From positions 96,001-160,000 of IMG/VR virus record IMGVR_UViG_3300046804_003518: a DNA stretch of 64,000 bases. One strand, 5' to 3'. The stretch's first letter is position 1. The number at the start of each line of letters is the position of its first letter. Positions 27,573-37,066 of the stretch are shown here, piece after piece. The notes under the pieces are model-generated. The model was not told the DNA's origin, did no database searches, and saw nothing but the letters and a program-made list of their open reading frames with translations. Source of the DNA: a virus. Position numbers and translations under genes: made by a program.

Positions 27573-28070
27573 ATGAAGAATTTTAGTCTTTATACCGAAG
27601 AGTTAAACTTCGAAGAACAAGAAGGTAAAAATATTACCGTGGGTTCCTATGAGACTGAGAACTTTACGCTATGCTTAGGCGCCACAGACGCATTCAATAA
27701 TTTAATGAAAGAAGAGGATGTGGATATGGCTAAAGTAGAAGAAGCAGCAAAGCATGTAGATGAGGCTCTAGCTGTGGAAGCTAAGGCAATTGAAAGAGGC
27801 CATTCCACTCAGAAAGATCTAGAAGATTATGACCACCACGCTACAGCAGCAGAAGAGATTCTAGAAGAACTAGGTGATCTAGATAACCACGAATACTATC
27901 TCCGAGATGTCCATGAACCAAAGCTGGTTGACATGCTAGATGATAAAGAAATCAGTGATGAAGACCTAGAAGATGACGAAGAAGACGATTACGAAGACCT
28001 AGATGAGGACCTAGAAGTAGAGCCATTCTGGGATAACGACGAAGATTATACAGATCTATTTGACAAATAA
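27573..28070 (+). CDS. Highly acidic hypothetical protein
   Basis: D/E-rich C-terminus; ORF track. Confidence 0.65.
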   Translation: MKNFSLYTEELNFEEQEGKNITVGSYETENFTLCLGATDAFNNLMKEEDVDMAKVEEAAKHVDEALAVEAKAIERGHSTQKDLEDYDHHATAAEEILEELGDLDNHEYYLRDVHEPKLVDMLDDKEISDEDLEDDEEDDYEDLDEDLEVEPFWDNDEDYTDLFDK

Positions 28071-28078
28071 CAAGTTCT

Positions 28079-28086
28079 TATAAATA
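28079..28086 (+). promoter_or_regulatory. T4-type late promoter
   Basis: TATAAATA. Confidence 0.7.
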
Positions 28087-28129
28087 TTCCGTACAAGGTT
28101 AGGGTACGCCAACCCCTTGAGGAATATCG

Positions 28130-30376
28130 ATGAAAAAGAGACTCAGTCTACAAGAATTTGTGGTTACGCGCCAAGCTGCAGCAGCTATGGCCAGCCAAGA
28201 TGCAGCAGCCGATTCTGATGCTGCTGATCCAAAAGCAAAAGCTCCAAAAAAGAAAGACGAAAAAAGGGCTAAGGGCACCACTGATACTGGTATGCCTAAG
28301 AATGAGATTGAGCTAAATCCACAGCTCGATACAACCCAAACAATGTATGAAGAGAAAGAAAAGCATGTGGTGTTTGCTTTTGGTAGAATGAACCCACCAA
28401 CTGTTGGCCACGAAAAGCTAGTTGATGCTATTAAGGCACATGCTGAGAAGGTTGGTGGCGAAGCCCATATCTACCTATCCAAGTCTCACGACAAAAAGAA
28501 GAATCCACTAGATTACGAAACAAAGCATGCATTTGCCAAGAAGGCATTTGGTGATGTTGTAAAGCATACGCCAGAAGGCCACTCTAGTATTTTTGGTATT
28601 CTTCAGCATCTTCATAACCAAGGGTTCACCCACGCAACTTTAATTGCTGGTGATGATAGAGTAGAAGATTATAGAAGAATTGCTAACACCTATAATGGTC
28701 CAGGAAAGGATTTCAACTTCAAGAAGATTGAAGTTAAGTCAGCTGGCGCCAGAGATCCAGATGCAGAAGGTGTAGAGGGAATGTCAGCCTCTAAGATGAG
28801 ATCATTGGCATCTGCTGGTAAGCATAAGGAATTTAAAGAAGGTCTACCAAAGAATCTTCAGAAGCACCATAAAGAAGTAATGAATACATTACGCACTGCT
28901 CTCCATGAAGAAGTATCACCAGAAGACTTGATGGAAGTAGTGAGCGTACAATCAAGAATTAAGAAAGCTGCTAAAGCAAGATCAATGAAAAGTCGTCTTG
29001 CATTTGGTAGAAAGAGAGCACTAAGAAGAAAGGCATCAAAGTCTGTCTTGCAAAGAAGAGCTCAAAGAGTAGCTCGTAAGTTTATGAGAGCAAGAATACT
29101 AAGAGGCCAAAAATATTCTAGCCTATCATACGGTGCAAGAGTAGCTCTGGACAAAAGACTAAAGCTAAAATCAAAGTCAGTAAATAGATTAGCTCAAAAA
29201 CTTCTACCAAGAATATCATCAGCTGAGCAAAGAAGAAAGCTAGGAGCTGGCTTTAAGGCACCAAGAGGTCTAGGGGCAGCAGCAGGTGTACCAGGTATCA
29301 GAGAGGCTCTAGATTTAATTATTAGAGAGCAACCATTAGCAACAGCCATCATTCAATCTTTACAAAAGAAATCAAACGAGCATAGTATTCCGTACGAGGT
29401 ACTAGAGACTGTATACTACCGTGGTCTTGCTGATTATGCAGCTGGCCACAGACCAACTCTAACTGCTCAGCAATGGGCATTCAATAGAGTTAATTCCTAT
29501 ATTCACGAAGGTCTAACATACCACACAGCTGATAAAGATTTAGCTGAAGCCGCCATGGATGTTAAGAGAGCACAGAAAGCCGCCCTTCAACTACACAAGA
29601 AAGGCAAGAAGACTGTAGAGGAAGAAAAAGTTACTGGTACCAATTGTGCTAATTGTAAGTGGTGGTGTGAAGAAACAGAGAAGCCAGTTGGCAAAGATGA
29701 ACTCAATGCAAATGGTGGCTTGAAGGCACCAAACAAAGAATACGTTGCAATGTCAAAGAGAGTTGATCTTGTTAGCCTACCAGGTGAAGCAACATCATCC
29801 ATCAAGGCAATGTATGAGCACGAAGAAATCAACGATTGGGTTACCGAGAGAATGTGTTGCGCCAAGTGGGATGCAGTTGGAGTTGTAAGAGACTACAAGG
29901 GTGAGTCTCCTCTAATGGCAGAAGAAGGTGGCGCTGGTTTAATTGGCACACCACAACTAACGGATGTATATAAGAATGCAACTCCTGGCCAGGGCAAGAA
30001 GTTATCATTTAAGAACTTTGTTAAGGAAGCAATTGAAGCTCCTTACGATCCACACCGAAGCAATAAGCTGGACATTATGCAAGCTGAGCAGATTAGAAAG
30101 GCAAGAGCACCATCATGGGATATGATTCAAGGTCATCACCTATCAAAGAAGTTTGTGGGTAAGGACTATCTTGATATTGAGATGTTTACAAAAGAAGTAA
30201 ATAAGCTAGCTGTAAAGATGGATCACTTTCCAGAGATAAGCAATTTTTATAACGAAGCGACTGTCAAGCTAACCACAGTTGATGTTGAAGGGTTAACAGG
30301 GATTGATTTTGAAATGGCAGCAGAGATTGATACAATTGCTAGCATGATGGGGCTGGAGGGAAGCGTCGATGAATAA
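28130..30376 (+). CDS. Multidomain protein with a cytidylyltransferase/NMNAT-like (HxGH) domain
   Basis: FAFGRMNPPTVGHEKL, SKSHDKKKNPL, IAGDDRV, GMSASKMR; then a basic region and QQWAFNRVNS domain. Confidence 0.75.
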   Translation: MKKRLSLQEFVVTRQAAAAMASQDAAADSDAADPKAKAPKKKDEKRAKGTTDTGMPKNEIELNPQLDTTQTMYEEKEKHVVFAFGRMNPPTVGHEKLVDAIKAHAEKVGGEAHIYLSKSHDKKKNPLDYETKHAFAKKAFGDVVKHTPEGHSSIFGILQHLHNQGFTHATLIAGDDRVEDYRRIANTYNGPGKDFNFKKIEVKSAGARDPDAEGVEGMSASKMRSLASAGKHKEFKEGLPKNLQKHHKEVMNTLRTALHEEVSPEDLMEVVSVQSRIKKAAKARSMKSRLAFGRKRALRRKASKSVLQRRAQRVARKFMRARILRGQKYSSLSYGARVALDKRLKLKSKSVNRLAQKLLPRISSAEQRRKLGAGFKAPRGLGAAAGVPGIREALDLIIREQPLATAIIQSLQKKSNEHSIPYEVLETVYYRGLADYAAGHRPTLTAQQWAFNRVNSYIHEGLTYHTADKDLAEAAMDVKRAQKAALQLHKKGKKTVEEEKVTGTNCANCKWWCEETEKPVGKDELNANGGLKAPNKEYVAMSKRVDLVSLPGEATSSIKAMYEHEEINDWVTERMCCAKWDAVGVVRDYKGESPLMAEEGGAGLIGTPQLTDVYKNATPGQGKKLSFKNFVKEAIEAPYDPHRSNKLDIMQAEQIRKARAPSWDMIQGHHLSKKFVGKDYLDIEMFTKEVNKLAVKMDHFPEISNFYNEATVKLTTVDVEGLTGIDFEMAAEIDTIASMMGLEGSVDE

Positions 30377-31127
30377 AATAAACGAAATTAGTACTAAGCC
30401 ACCAAGTGCTGCCAAGAAGTTTAAGTACTTCTTGAAGACTCCTCGTCAGATTCCAGGCCCACCAGGTGGCCATCCTGTTCCTCCAGGATATGAAAGAGTC
30501 CACGATGTAATAAGTGGTGGACATGTTTTAAGAAAGAAGCGAGATATAAGCGAGAAGGTAGGATTGGGTACAGCATTTGGCGCGGGCCTAGGTGCTGGTG
30601 TAGGAGCAGCAATGGGTGCTCCATTGGTTGGTGCAGCAGCTGGTGCATTTGCAGCTCATAAGATTGGTCAGAAGTTAAAGAAGACTTTTGGTGCCAAGCC
30701 AACATCTCAGAAGGTAGGCCAGAAGGCCAGACCAGTTACACAGCCTCGTGGAGGATTGAGAGAAATGAAAACATTCAAAGACTTTGCTGACGAGATTGAC
30801 TTTGGATTTACCGAAGAGGAATTTGAAGTCACTGGTGAAGAGGTCTATGAGGACTGGAATGAGGTTGAGGAATTAGAGGAAGCTGAAAAGGGTGGCCGTA
30901 AGGTTAAGCTTGGCAAGCCATTCCTAACACCAGGTGGTCCAAAGAAGAGATCGGTTTATGTTAAGCATCCATCAACTGGTAATGTTGTCAAGGTAAACTT
31001 TGGTGACCCTAACATGAGAATTAAGAAGAGTGATCCAGAAAGAAGAAGATCATTCAGAGCAAGACACAATTGTGAGAACCCTGGCCCAAGACATAAGGCA
31101 AGATACTGGTCTTGCAAGGCGTGGTAA
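30369..31127 (+). CDS. Hypothetical late protein with basic C-terminal domain
   Basis: KVNFGDPNMRIKKSDPERRRSFRARHNC...ARYWSCKAW; Gly/Ala hydrophobic segment mid-protein. Confidence 0.7.
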   Translation: MNKINEISTKPPSAAKKFKYFLKTPRQIPGPPGGHPVPPGYERVHDVISGGHVLRKKRDISEKVGLGTAFGAGLGAGVGAAMGAPLVGAAAGAFAAHKIGQKLKKTFGAKPTSQKVGQKARPVTQPRGGLREMKTFKDFADEIDFGFTEEEFEVTGEEVYEDWNEVEELEEAEKGGRKVKLGKPFLTPGGPKKRSVYVKHPSTGNVVKVNFGDPNMRIKKSDPERRRSFRARHNCENPGPRHKARYWSCKAW

Positions 31128-31128
31128 G

Positions 31129-31545
31129 ATGTTAAGGTTTAAGCAACTTATTCTTGAAGACCTAGCCCACGAACAGATGGTCCAAGGCCACGTTGATGAC
31201 TTCATGGGTCACGCAAAAGAACATTTGGGACTACAAGAACTACCTAGAGTAGAGCTTGTAAACAATAAAAGAGTTGCTCAAGAGAATGCTAGCTTTGGTG
31301 GATATTATCCAGCAGAGAAGACAATTAGAGTAAACATTGCTGGTAGACATCCAGTTGATATTCTAAGAACTCTAGCGCATGAGATGGTTCATTATAGACA
31401 GGACCTAAACGGAGAGCTAGAAGATGTAGCAATGGCTGGTGAGACTGGTAGCACATGTGAGAATGAGGCTAATAGTGAAGCTGGTATTATGATGAGAAAC
31501 TACGGAAGGGCTAAGCCATCAATCTATGAGAGTTACAGAAAATAA
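31129..31545 (+). CDS. Zincin-like metallopeptidase domain protein
   Basis: LRTLAHEMVHYRQ (HExxH), E.EANSEAG. Confidence 0.7.
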   Translation: MLRFKQLILEDLAHEQMVQGHVDDFMGHAKEHLGLQELPRVELVNNKRVAQENASFGGYYPAEKTIRVNIAGRHPVDILRTLAHEMVHYRQDLNGELEDVAMAGETGSTCENEANSEAGIMMRNYGRAKPSIYESYRK

Positions 31546-32149
31546 GTTTAGTAGATATCTAGGGCTTGCTCTAGGCCTACACGAAGATGATTACTATAAC
31601 CTATCAATGGATTTTTTTGATAGAGATGGGTTTGAGTTGAATGAATTGGAGCAAGCATTATATAGACGCAATATGATTAATATTGGCGAGCAGCATTTAA
31701 ACCATACTGCAAACCATGTTAGTTGGATAGAGCATGATACAAATGATGATCCAAGAATTATGATAGATCATAGTTGCCTACAACAGCGACATGATTATGT
31801 TGGCGAAGGTAGAGAATTATTACAAATAGCTTCTAATTATAGACCTGAACTAAAGAAGCTATTGGCAATAGTTCCCAAATGGGGAATAGATTTTAATGTG
31901 GATTACGTTGGTGAGACTGTTATGGAGCTATTCCATATAGAGGTTGATAGACGTAATTACGAAGAGATTTTGGATCAAAAGTACCTAGCTGAAAGGCTAA
32001 TACTTAGGACTGACTGGGTAAATGTTGCCAACATCTTCCATAAAAAGAGGGATCAGTGGGAACATTTATCAGCAGATGATCAGATTGAATGGAAAGTTAA
32101 CTACCTAGGATGGCCTAGGGTATATGACACTAGAAAAGTGTTCATATAA
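31526..32149 (+). CDS. Hypothetical protein
   Basis: ORF track; FDRDGFEL, KWGIDFNVDY. Confidence 0.65.
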   Translation: MRVTENKFSRYLGLALGLHEDDYYNLSMDFFDRDGFELNELEQALYRRNMINIGEQHLNHTANHVSWIEHDTNDDPRIMIDHSCLQQRHDYVGEGRELLQIASNYRPELKKLLAIVPKWGIDFNVDYVGETVMELFHIEVDRRNYEEILDQKYLAERLILRTDWVNVANIFHKKRDQWEHLSADDQIEWKVNYLGWPRVYDTRKVFI

Positions 32150-32152
32150 ATA
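32145..32152 (+). promoter_or_regulatory. T4-type late promoter
   Basis: TATAAATA. Confidence 0.7.
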
Positions 32153-32176
32153 TTTTGAATAGATTTGGAGTAATCC

Positions 32177-33235
32177 ATGACAGATAAAGAGATTTTTGAG
32201 GAAGTTAAGCAACGTTTCACAGATCCAAAAGTAATGGATCTGTTACGCAATGGCTTAGCAACTCCTGAAGAAATGGAATTGATGAAAAGAGCAATACGTT
32301 ATGGTGATGCTTCAATGAACATTCCATCTCTCAGAGATGCGCTTTACAAGTTATTCGACCGTTTGTTGAATGTTGTAAAGGATGATAGTACAACAAGACA
32401 AATGGTTAAACAAGATTTAAGAAAACTACAAAAGGGAGACTCAGACATGAGCGAAGATCTAAACACAGCTAACGTAGCCAAGGCAGTTAAGCACGATTGT
32501 GCCAAACATGTTGTCCACGAGACATGGGGCAAGGGCCAATGCATTCCTGAAGAACACACTCTTCTAGATGATGGCACAGTAACCCACTATGATGTTATGT
32601 TTGATCATGGCATCGAGCAAGACGTGCCAGTAGAAGATCTAACAATTGTCGTATCTGAGTCCCACATGCACGCTTCTAAAAAGAAGAAGCCAATGATGGA
32701 AACAGCTGCAAGCGATTCCCTAAAGGGCGAAGGTTCAGCTCCTCCTAAGCTAGCGGATGTTACACCACAACAAGGTGGCGGCGAAGATACATCTAAGGCT
32801 TCTAAGAAGGGTAAGCCAGAAATGCCAATGGAGAAGCTAAAGGCAATTATGGAAAAGAAGAAGTCCAAGGCCTACCTAGCAATGTTAAAGTCACAAGGCA
32901 AGATGGAAGAAGAGACAGAGATTGAAGAGAAGACTCTAACAAAGGCAGAAATGAAGAAGCGCGAAGAAGTTGCTAAGGCAATCGAGCGTGATCAGCCAGG
33001 TATGCCAATGGGCAAGAAGATGGCAATTGCCACAGCGACAGCCAAGAAAGTTGCTGAAGCAAAGGCACATACAGTTCCAAAGACACCAAAGGAAAAGAGC
33101 CTAGCAGCTCTAGCTCCTCCACACGATAAGATCACTCATGCCGATGTTATGGTTGGTCGCGGTGTAGGTAAGAAGAAGACAATGAAAGAGTTTGTTGAGC
33201 AACTAGCAGAGTCTCTATCACCAAAGGCAGAGTAA
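32177..33235 (+). CDS. Probable internal head protein (multidomain, K/E-rich)
   Basis: Late promoter and GGAG RBS; HDCAKHVVH...YDVMFDHG domain; many xEE motifs. Confidence 0.6.
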   Translation: MTDKEIFEEVKQRFTDPKVMDLLRNGLATPEEMELMKRAIRYGDASMNIPSLRDALYKLFDRLLNVVKDDSTTRQMVKQDLRKLQKGDSDMSEDLNTANVAKAVKHDCAKHVVHETWGKGQCIPEEHTLLDDGTVTHYDVMFDHGIEQDVPVEDLTIVVSESHMHASKKKKPMMETAASDSLKGEGSAPPKLADVTPQQGGGEDTSKASKKGKPEMPMEKLKAIMEKKKSKAYLAMLKSQGKMEEETEIEEKTLTKAEMKKREEVAKAIERDQPGMPMGKKMAIATATAKKVAEAKAHTVPKTPKEKSLAALAPPHDKITHADVMVGRGVGKKKTMKEFVEQLAESLSPKAE

Positions 33236-33236
33236 T

Positions 33237-34691
33237 ATGAAAAAGTTCTCAGAAGCAGTTCTTGCGCCAAATAAACATATGGCCAAAAAGGCTAGCCCTT
33301 ACCACCCTCACAGTCAGGGTTTAGTCTACACTCCTAAGGGTAAAGAAGAGGTTAGACCTATTGACACAGCTGATGCTGGGTATGGTGGCGAAACTGTTGC
33401 TGATGCTGAAGGGGGTGACGCTAATCCAGGTATTGCTTCTAAGAAAGCAGTATCTCCTATGCCAATGCAAACATTGGTTAAGCCTGGTTTAGATAAGGCT
33501 AAGAAAGCCAAAACAAATGAAGAGACAGAGCGCGAAAGACTAATCAAGCTAAGATCATTTGCCGCTAAGAACCGTGTAGCCGGACTAGGCAAGGCAATGG
33601 TTGAAGAAGAACAGATTGATGAACTAAAGAAGTCAACTCTTGCCTCATATGCTAAGAAAGCAACAGACGATGTTAGCTACCACTCATTTATGGCCGGTAC
33701 AATGTCATCCAAAGATCCAGAGCGTCTAACTCAAGACAAAAAGGCAATGAAGAGACAAGCTGGTGTTATTAAAGCTGTTAATAAATTAGCTAAAGAAGAA
33801 GCTGAAGTTGTTGGAGAGGCTACTGGTGTAACTAATTACAATCCAAAAAGCCAAGGTGGCACAAGAGCTGAGCTACTAGCTAAGCTAGCAAAATCAAAGA
33901 ACCCAGGACATGCTACAGCAGCAAGAAAGGCTGGCGCTACTCAGAGCGAACTTAAAGCTGCCATGATGAAAGAGGAAAACGATGGTACCGAGGCTGACCA
34001 AGGCGAGTACGGATACGAAGGTGACATGGCAATGTCACAGTTAAAGTCTATTATCCGCAATGCCCAATCTCTTCACGATCATATGGAACCACAAACGGAT
34101 CTTCCTGAGTGGCTTCAAGCAAAGATAACATTGGCCTCTGATTATATTCAGACAGCAGCTGATTACTGGAAGTCTGAAAAGGAAGAAGTCAGTGAAGGTA
34201 AGATGAAAGACATTGCCACAGATAAAGCTGAAAACGAAAGACTAGCTGCCCAAGATGTTCTTGGGGGTCCAGTCAGAAAGAAACCAGAAGGTCCAAAAGG
34301 TAAGCTGCCGCTTGGTTTTAGATTAGCACGATCAGCTGCTAAGAAGGCAATGAAGTCTGTGTCTGAAGAACAGATTGATGAGCTAATGGGTCCAGATCTA
34401 AGATCCCAACAAGCCAAAGAAAACGATGCTCATTTTAAGAAGCAGCCACCACGTATGCAGACAGCTATCAGATATCATTTGAAGAATAGAAAATCCTATA
34501 AGGATGCTGTCTCGGCTGCAGAAAAAGATGTAGCAACAATGCACGAAGAAGTTTGGGATAAGCCAATGCCAGATTCTAAGAAGCAGGGTTCTCTTTCACC
34601 AGAACAAAAAGCAAAAGCTAAGGCAAGAGCTGAAAGAGCCGGTAGAAGCTATCCAAACATGATTGATAATATGTGGGCTTCCAAACAATAA
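33237..34691 (+). CDS. Probable internal head protein (modular, K/E/A-rich)
   Basis: Repeated EEQIDEL; EGDMAMSQL...LPEWLQAKITLASDY module. Confidence 0.6.
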   Translation: MKKFSEAVLAPNKHMAKKASPYHPHSQGLVYTPKGKEEVRPIDTADAGYGGETVADAEGGDANPGIASKKAVSPMPMQTLVKPGLDKAKKAKTNEETERERLIKLRSFAAKNRVAGLGKAMVEEEQIDELKKSTLASYAKKATDDVSYHSFMAGTMSSKDPERLTQDKKAMKRQAGVIKAVNKLAKEEAEVVGEATGVTNYNPKSQGGTRAELLAKLAKSKNPGHATAARKAGATQSELKAAMMKEENDGTEADQGEYGYEGDMAMSQLKSIIRNAQSLHDHMEPQTDLPEWLQAKITLASDYIQTAADYWKSEKEEVSEGKMKDIATDKAENERLAAQDVLGGPVRKKPEGPKGKLPLGFRLARSAAKKAMKSVSEEQIDELMGPDLRSQQAKENDAHFKKQPPRMQTAIRYHLKNRKSYKDAVSAAEKDVATMHEEVWDKPMPDSKKQGSLSPEQKAKAKARAERAGRSYPNMIDNMWASKQ

Positions 34692-34708
34692 GGTCAATAA
34701 ATAGTTAC

Positions 34709-34963
34709 ATGGGTATTGTAGCAGGAAAATTTATAACTGGTTCAGCTGTGGTTTATGAAAAGCCAGTAGCTGAAGTGCCTAGGATACCAGCTCGCAACGC
34801 GATAGCAATTAGGTCATTAGCTGAGCTGAGAACTTCCAATAAAGTGGAAGTTAAAGAAGATGCAGAGGGTAATAGAGAAATTGTACCAGTTGATAAAAGA
34901 CTTTCGAGCTACTTTTTAGTAAATAAAGAATCTGATTATCTAGATCATAACAAGAAAACTTAA
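34709..34963 (+). CDS. Hypothetical protein
   Basis: ORF track; TAAATA upstream. Confidence 0.45.
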   Translation: MGIVAGKFITGSAVVYEKPVAEVPRIPARNAIAIRSLAELRTSNKVEVKEDAEGNREIVPVDKRLSSYFLVNKESDYLDHNKKT

Positions 34964-34977
34964 CAGGAGATAGAGAT

Positions 34978-35544
34978 ATGGCACTTTGGGGAAAAACAGA
35001 CGCAGCAGCAAGCGCACCAAAATTTACGGGCTTGGCCTCAAATGGTGCCATTGCTAACACACTTTTTGGTGGAGCAAAGACAGGTGTATTTGGTGTAGAC
35101 GCAGCAGAATCACAATATGCTCGCGCAACAACAAAGAAGCCAGTTGCACAGGGTTGGGTTCTACAGCAATACGGTACTGGTCCAGTACTAACAATTGCAA
35201 AGAACAACGGTGGTTCAAGCTATGTTAACACACAGGTAGTTACACTATCAAATGGTGTGGTTAATGCAACAGCTACAATCACAACAAACTCAACTGGTGG
35301 TGTTACAGCTCTAACATTAACAAATGCTGGCTCAGGTTTTGCTAATGCATCACACATCGTGATTCAAGTTGCAAATACAACTGCTCCATCAAACTCAACA
35401 AACGGTAACACATCACTAGGTACAGGTCTAACATTGACCCTAACTTTTGGTGGTCGTGCAGGTCGTGTTAATAGAGAAACACTAGTTGCTATGACAGCAT
35501 ATCCAAATAACGATGCATCGGATGATACACAGTTCCCAGAATAA
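34978..35544 (+). CDS. Probable virion structural protein
   Basis: AGGAG RBS; MALWGKTD start; T/N/G-rich beta-strands; GRAGRVNRETLVAM. Confidence 0.65.
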   Translation: MALWGKTDAAASAPKFTGLASNGAIANTLFGGAKTGVFGVDAAESQYARATTKKPVAQGWVLQQYGTGPVLTIAKNNGGSSYVNTQVVTLSNGVVNATATITTNSTGGVTALTLTNAGSGFANASHIVIQVANTTAPSNSTNGNTSLGTGLTLTLTFGGRAGRVNRETLVAMTAYPNNDASDDTQFPE

Positions 35545-35562
35545 TAGGACTGCATTTTATTA

Positions 35563-35970
35563 ATGAATAATGAGAAATTGACTGAAGAAAACTTTTTGTT
35601 ATTTGCAGCAAGACATTATGATAATCCATCATGTATAGACGTGACGGAGTTTGAGGATGATCTTAATACACTAAAGTATATTAAGAGGCTGCTAACAAGG
35701 TACCAAGAATCAGGTGAGTTGAAGGAGAGATTAATCCTCAACCACCTGAACTTGTTAAACAATTTATTTGGCCCTGAAGCAACAGTGAAGATGTGTTTAC
35801 TAAAGATGCAGGGTCAGTGGCATGTCCTAAAGCCATTTTTGGTTTACTTAGGATACATGCCAGATGTTGTCTATAATGTGGGTGAGGACCAAGTCATTAG
35901 AAATAGTGATATTCCGCTTGATACAAATGTTGTAAAGAAACTAAGAGAGTTCCATGAAGGATCTAGTTGA
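35563..35970 (+). CDS. T4-like phage hypothetical protein
   Basis: LTEENFLLFAARHYDNPSC...ERLILNH. Confidence 0.75.
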   Translation: MNNEKLTEENFLLFAARHYDNPSCIDVTEFEDDLNTLKYIKRLLTRYQESGELKERLILNHLNLLNNLFGPEATVKMCLLKMQGQWHVLKPFLVYLGYMPDVVYNVGEDQVIRNSDIPLDTNVVKKLREFHEGSS

Positions 35971-36484
35971 TTTAGCGATCACATACAAGTTCTTGAAGAA
36001 CCTTGTCACTCCTTTTGATAGGTGGCCAGCATATAAGCTTGGGCTAATAGACAAGGATGGCAACATCATCAAACAAAGAAGAGAGAGACTAAAGCAAGAA
36101 GAAAAAGATGCTCTAGGCTACTTTGATGTTGTTACTCTCAATCTAAGAAAACTATTAGGTAAGCTACCAGGCGGTAAGTCTGCTATTGCAACATACGCAG
36201 CTGCTTACCTTTTGATGAAAGAGTATCCAAAGAAGAATTTAAAAGAAGGGTTTGAACCTTCAGAACAACAAGTCGCCTTTATGCTACAAGAAGCCATAAA
36301 GGAGATTGAAGAGATGGAAGGAATGCCAACTAATAATACAGGTGGTATTGCTGGCCTAAAACCAGATTCAGTTGGTGTACCAAAGAAGGCAATGATTAGA
36401 TATAAAAAGTCTAATCAAAAGCTAGCACCATCGAGAATAGGTAAGAGATTTATTAACATAGTAACCGAAGAGGAAAAACAATGA
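35954..36484 (+). CDS. T4-like phage hypothetical protein
   Basis: YKFLKNLVTPFDRWPAYKLGLIDKDG. Confidence 0.75.
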   Translation: MKDLVDLAITYKFLKNLVTPFDRWPAYKLGLIDKDGNIIKQRRERLKQEEKDALGYFDVVTLNLRKLLGKLPGGKSAIATYAAAYLLMKEYPKKNLKEGFEPSEQQVAFMLQEAIKEIEEMEGMPTNNTGGIAGLKPDSVGVPKKAMIRYKKSNQKLAPSRIGKRFINIVTEEEKQ

Positions 36485-36744
36485 AAGCTGTATTAGTAGC
36501 ACTTTCATTATTATTGGTTGCTGGTTGTGGCGATCATTATAGATACCCTTGCCAAGATCCAGCAAATTGGAAAAAGAAAGAATGTAACCGTCCTCTATGT
36601 GAAGCTGACGGTATGTGCTGGGATAAACTATCTGGGGTGGATCCAAAAGAGTTAGAAAATAAGCCAGCAGAGGAACAATCTGCTGCGGACGTAACAGAAC
36701 CTGCACATGATGCAGCTACACATGAAGAGCATACTGGAGAATAA
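36481..36744 (+). CDS. Lipoprotein
   Basis: Lipobox LVAG-C; YRYPCQDP..W...EC..P.C...G.C. Confidence 0.7.
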   Translation: MKAVLVALSLLLVAGCGDHYRYPCQDPANWKKKECNRPLCEADGMCWDKLSGVDPKELENKPAEEQSAADVTEPAHDAATHEEHTGE

Positions 36745-36746
36745 TT

Positions 36747-37058
36747 ATGTTTAATGGTCAAAAATATACAAGCGATGAGTTGATGACACGCCTAAAGGTA
36801 TTTGTTGGCGCAATGCTAGCAATCACTTTAACAGGTATTGTCTTTGTTGTTCTTTATTCATTGATCTTTGTCACACAGCCAATGCAGCAGTCACCAAATG
36901 ATGCAAAGTTCTTTGAATTGATTACACCAATTGCAACTTTCTTAACTGGTATTCTATCAGGCATTATGCTTGGCAAGAATGAAGAAAAGAAAGAAGAGCC
37001 ACCACAAGCACCACCAGCCCCTGAAGCACCAGCTGAGCCAGAAGATCATATTGCCTGA
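36747..37058 (+). CDS. Two-TM membrane protein (holin/antiholin candidate)
   Basis: Two hydrophobic helices, Pro/Glu tail; immediately upstream of the endolysin. Confidence 0.6.
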   Translation: MFNGQKYTSDELMTRLKVFVGAMLAITLTGIVFVVLYSLIFVTQPMQQSPNDAKFFELITPIATFLTGILSGIMLGKNEEKKEEPPQAPPAPEAPAEPEDHIA

Positions 37059-37066
37059 GGTAGAAA

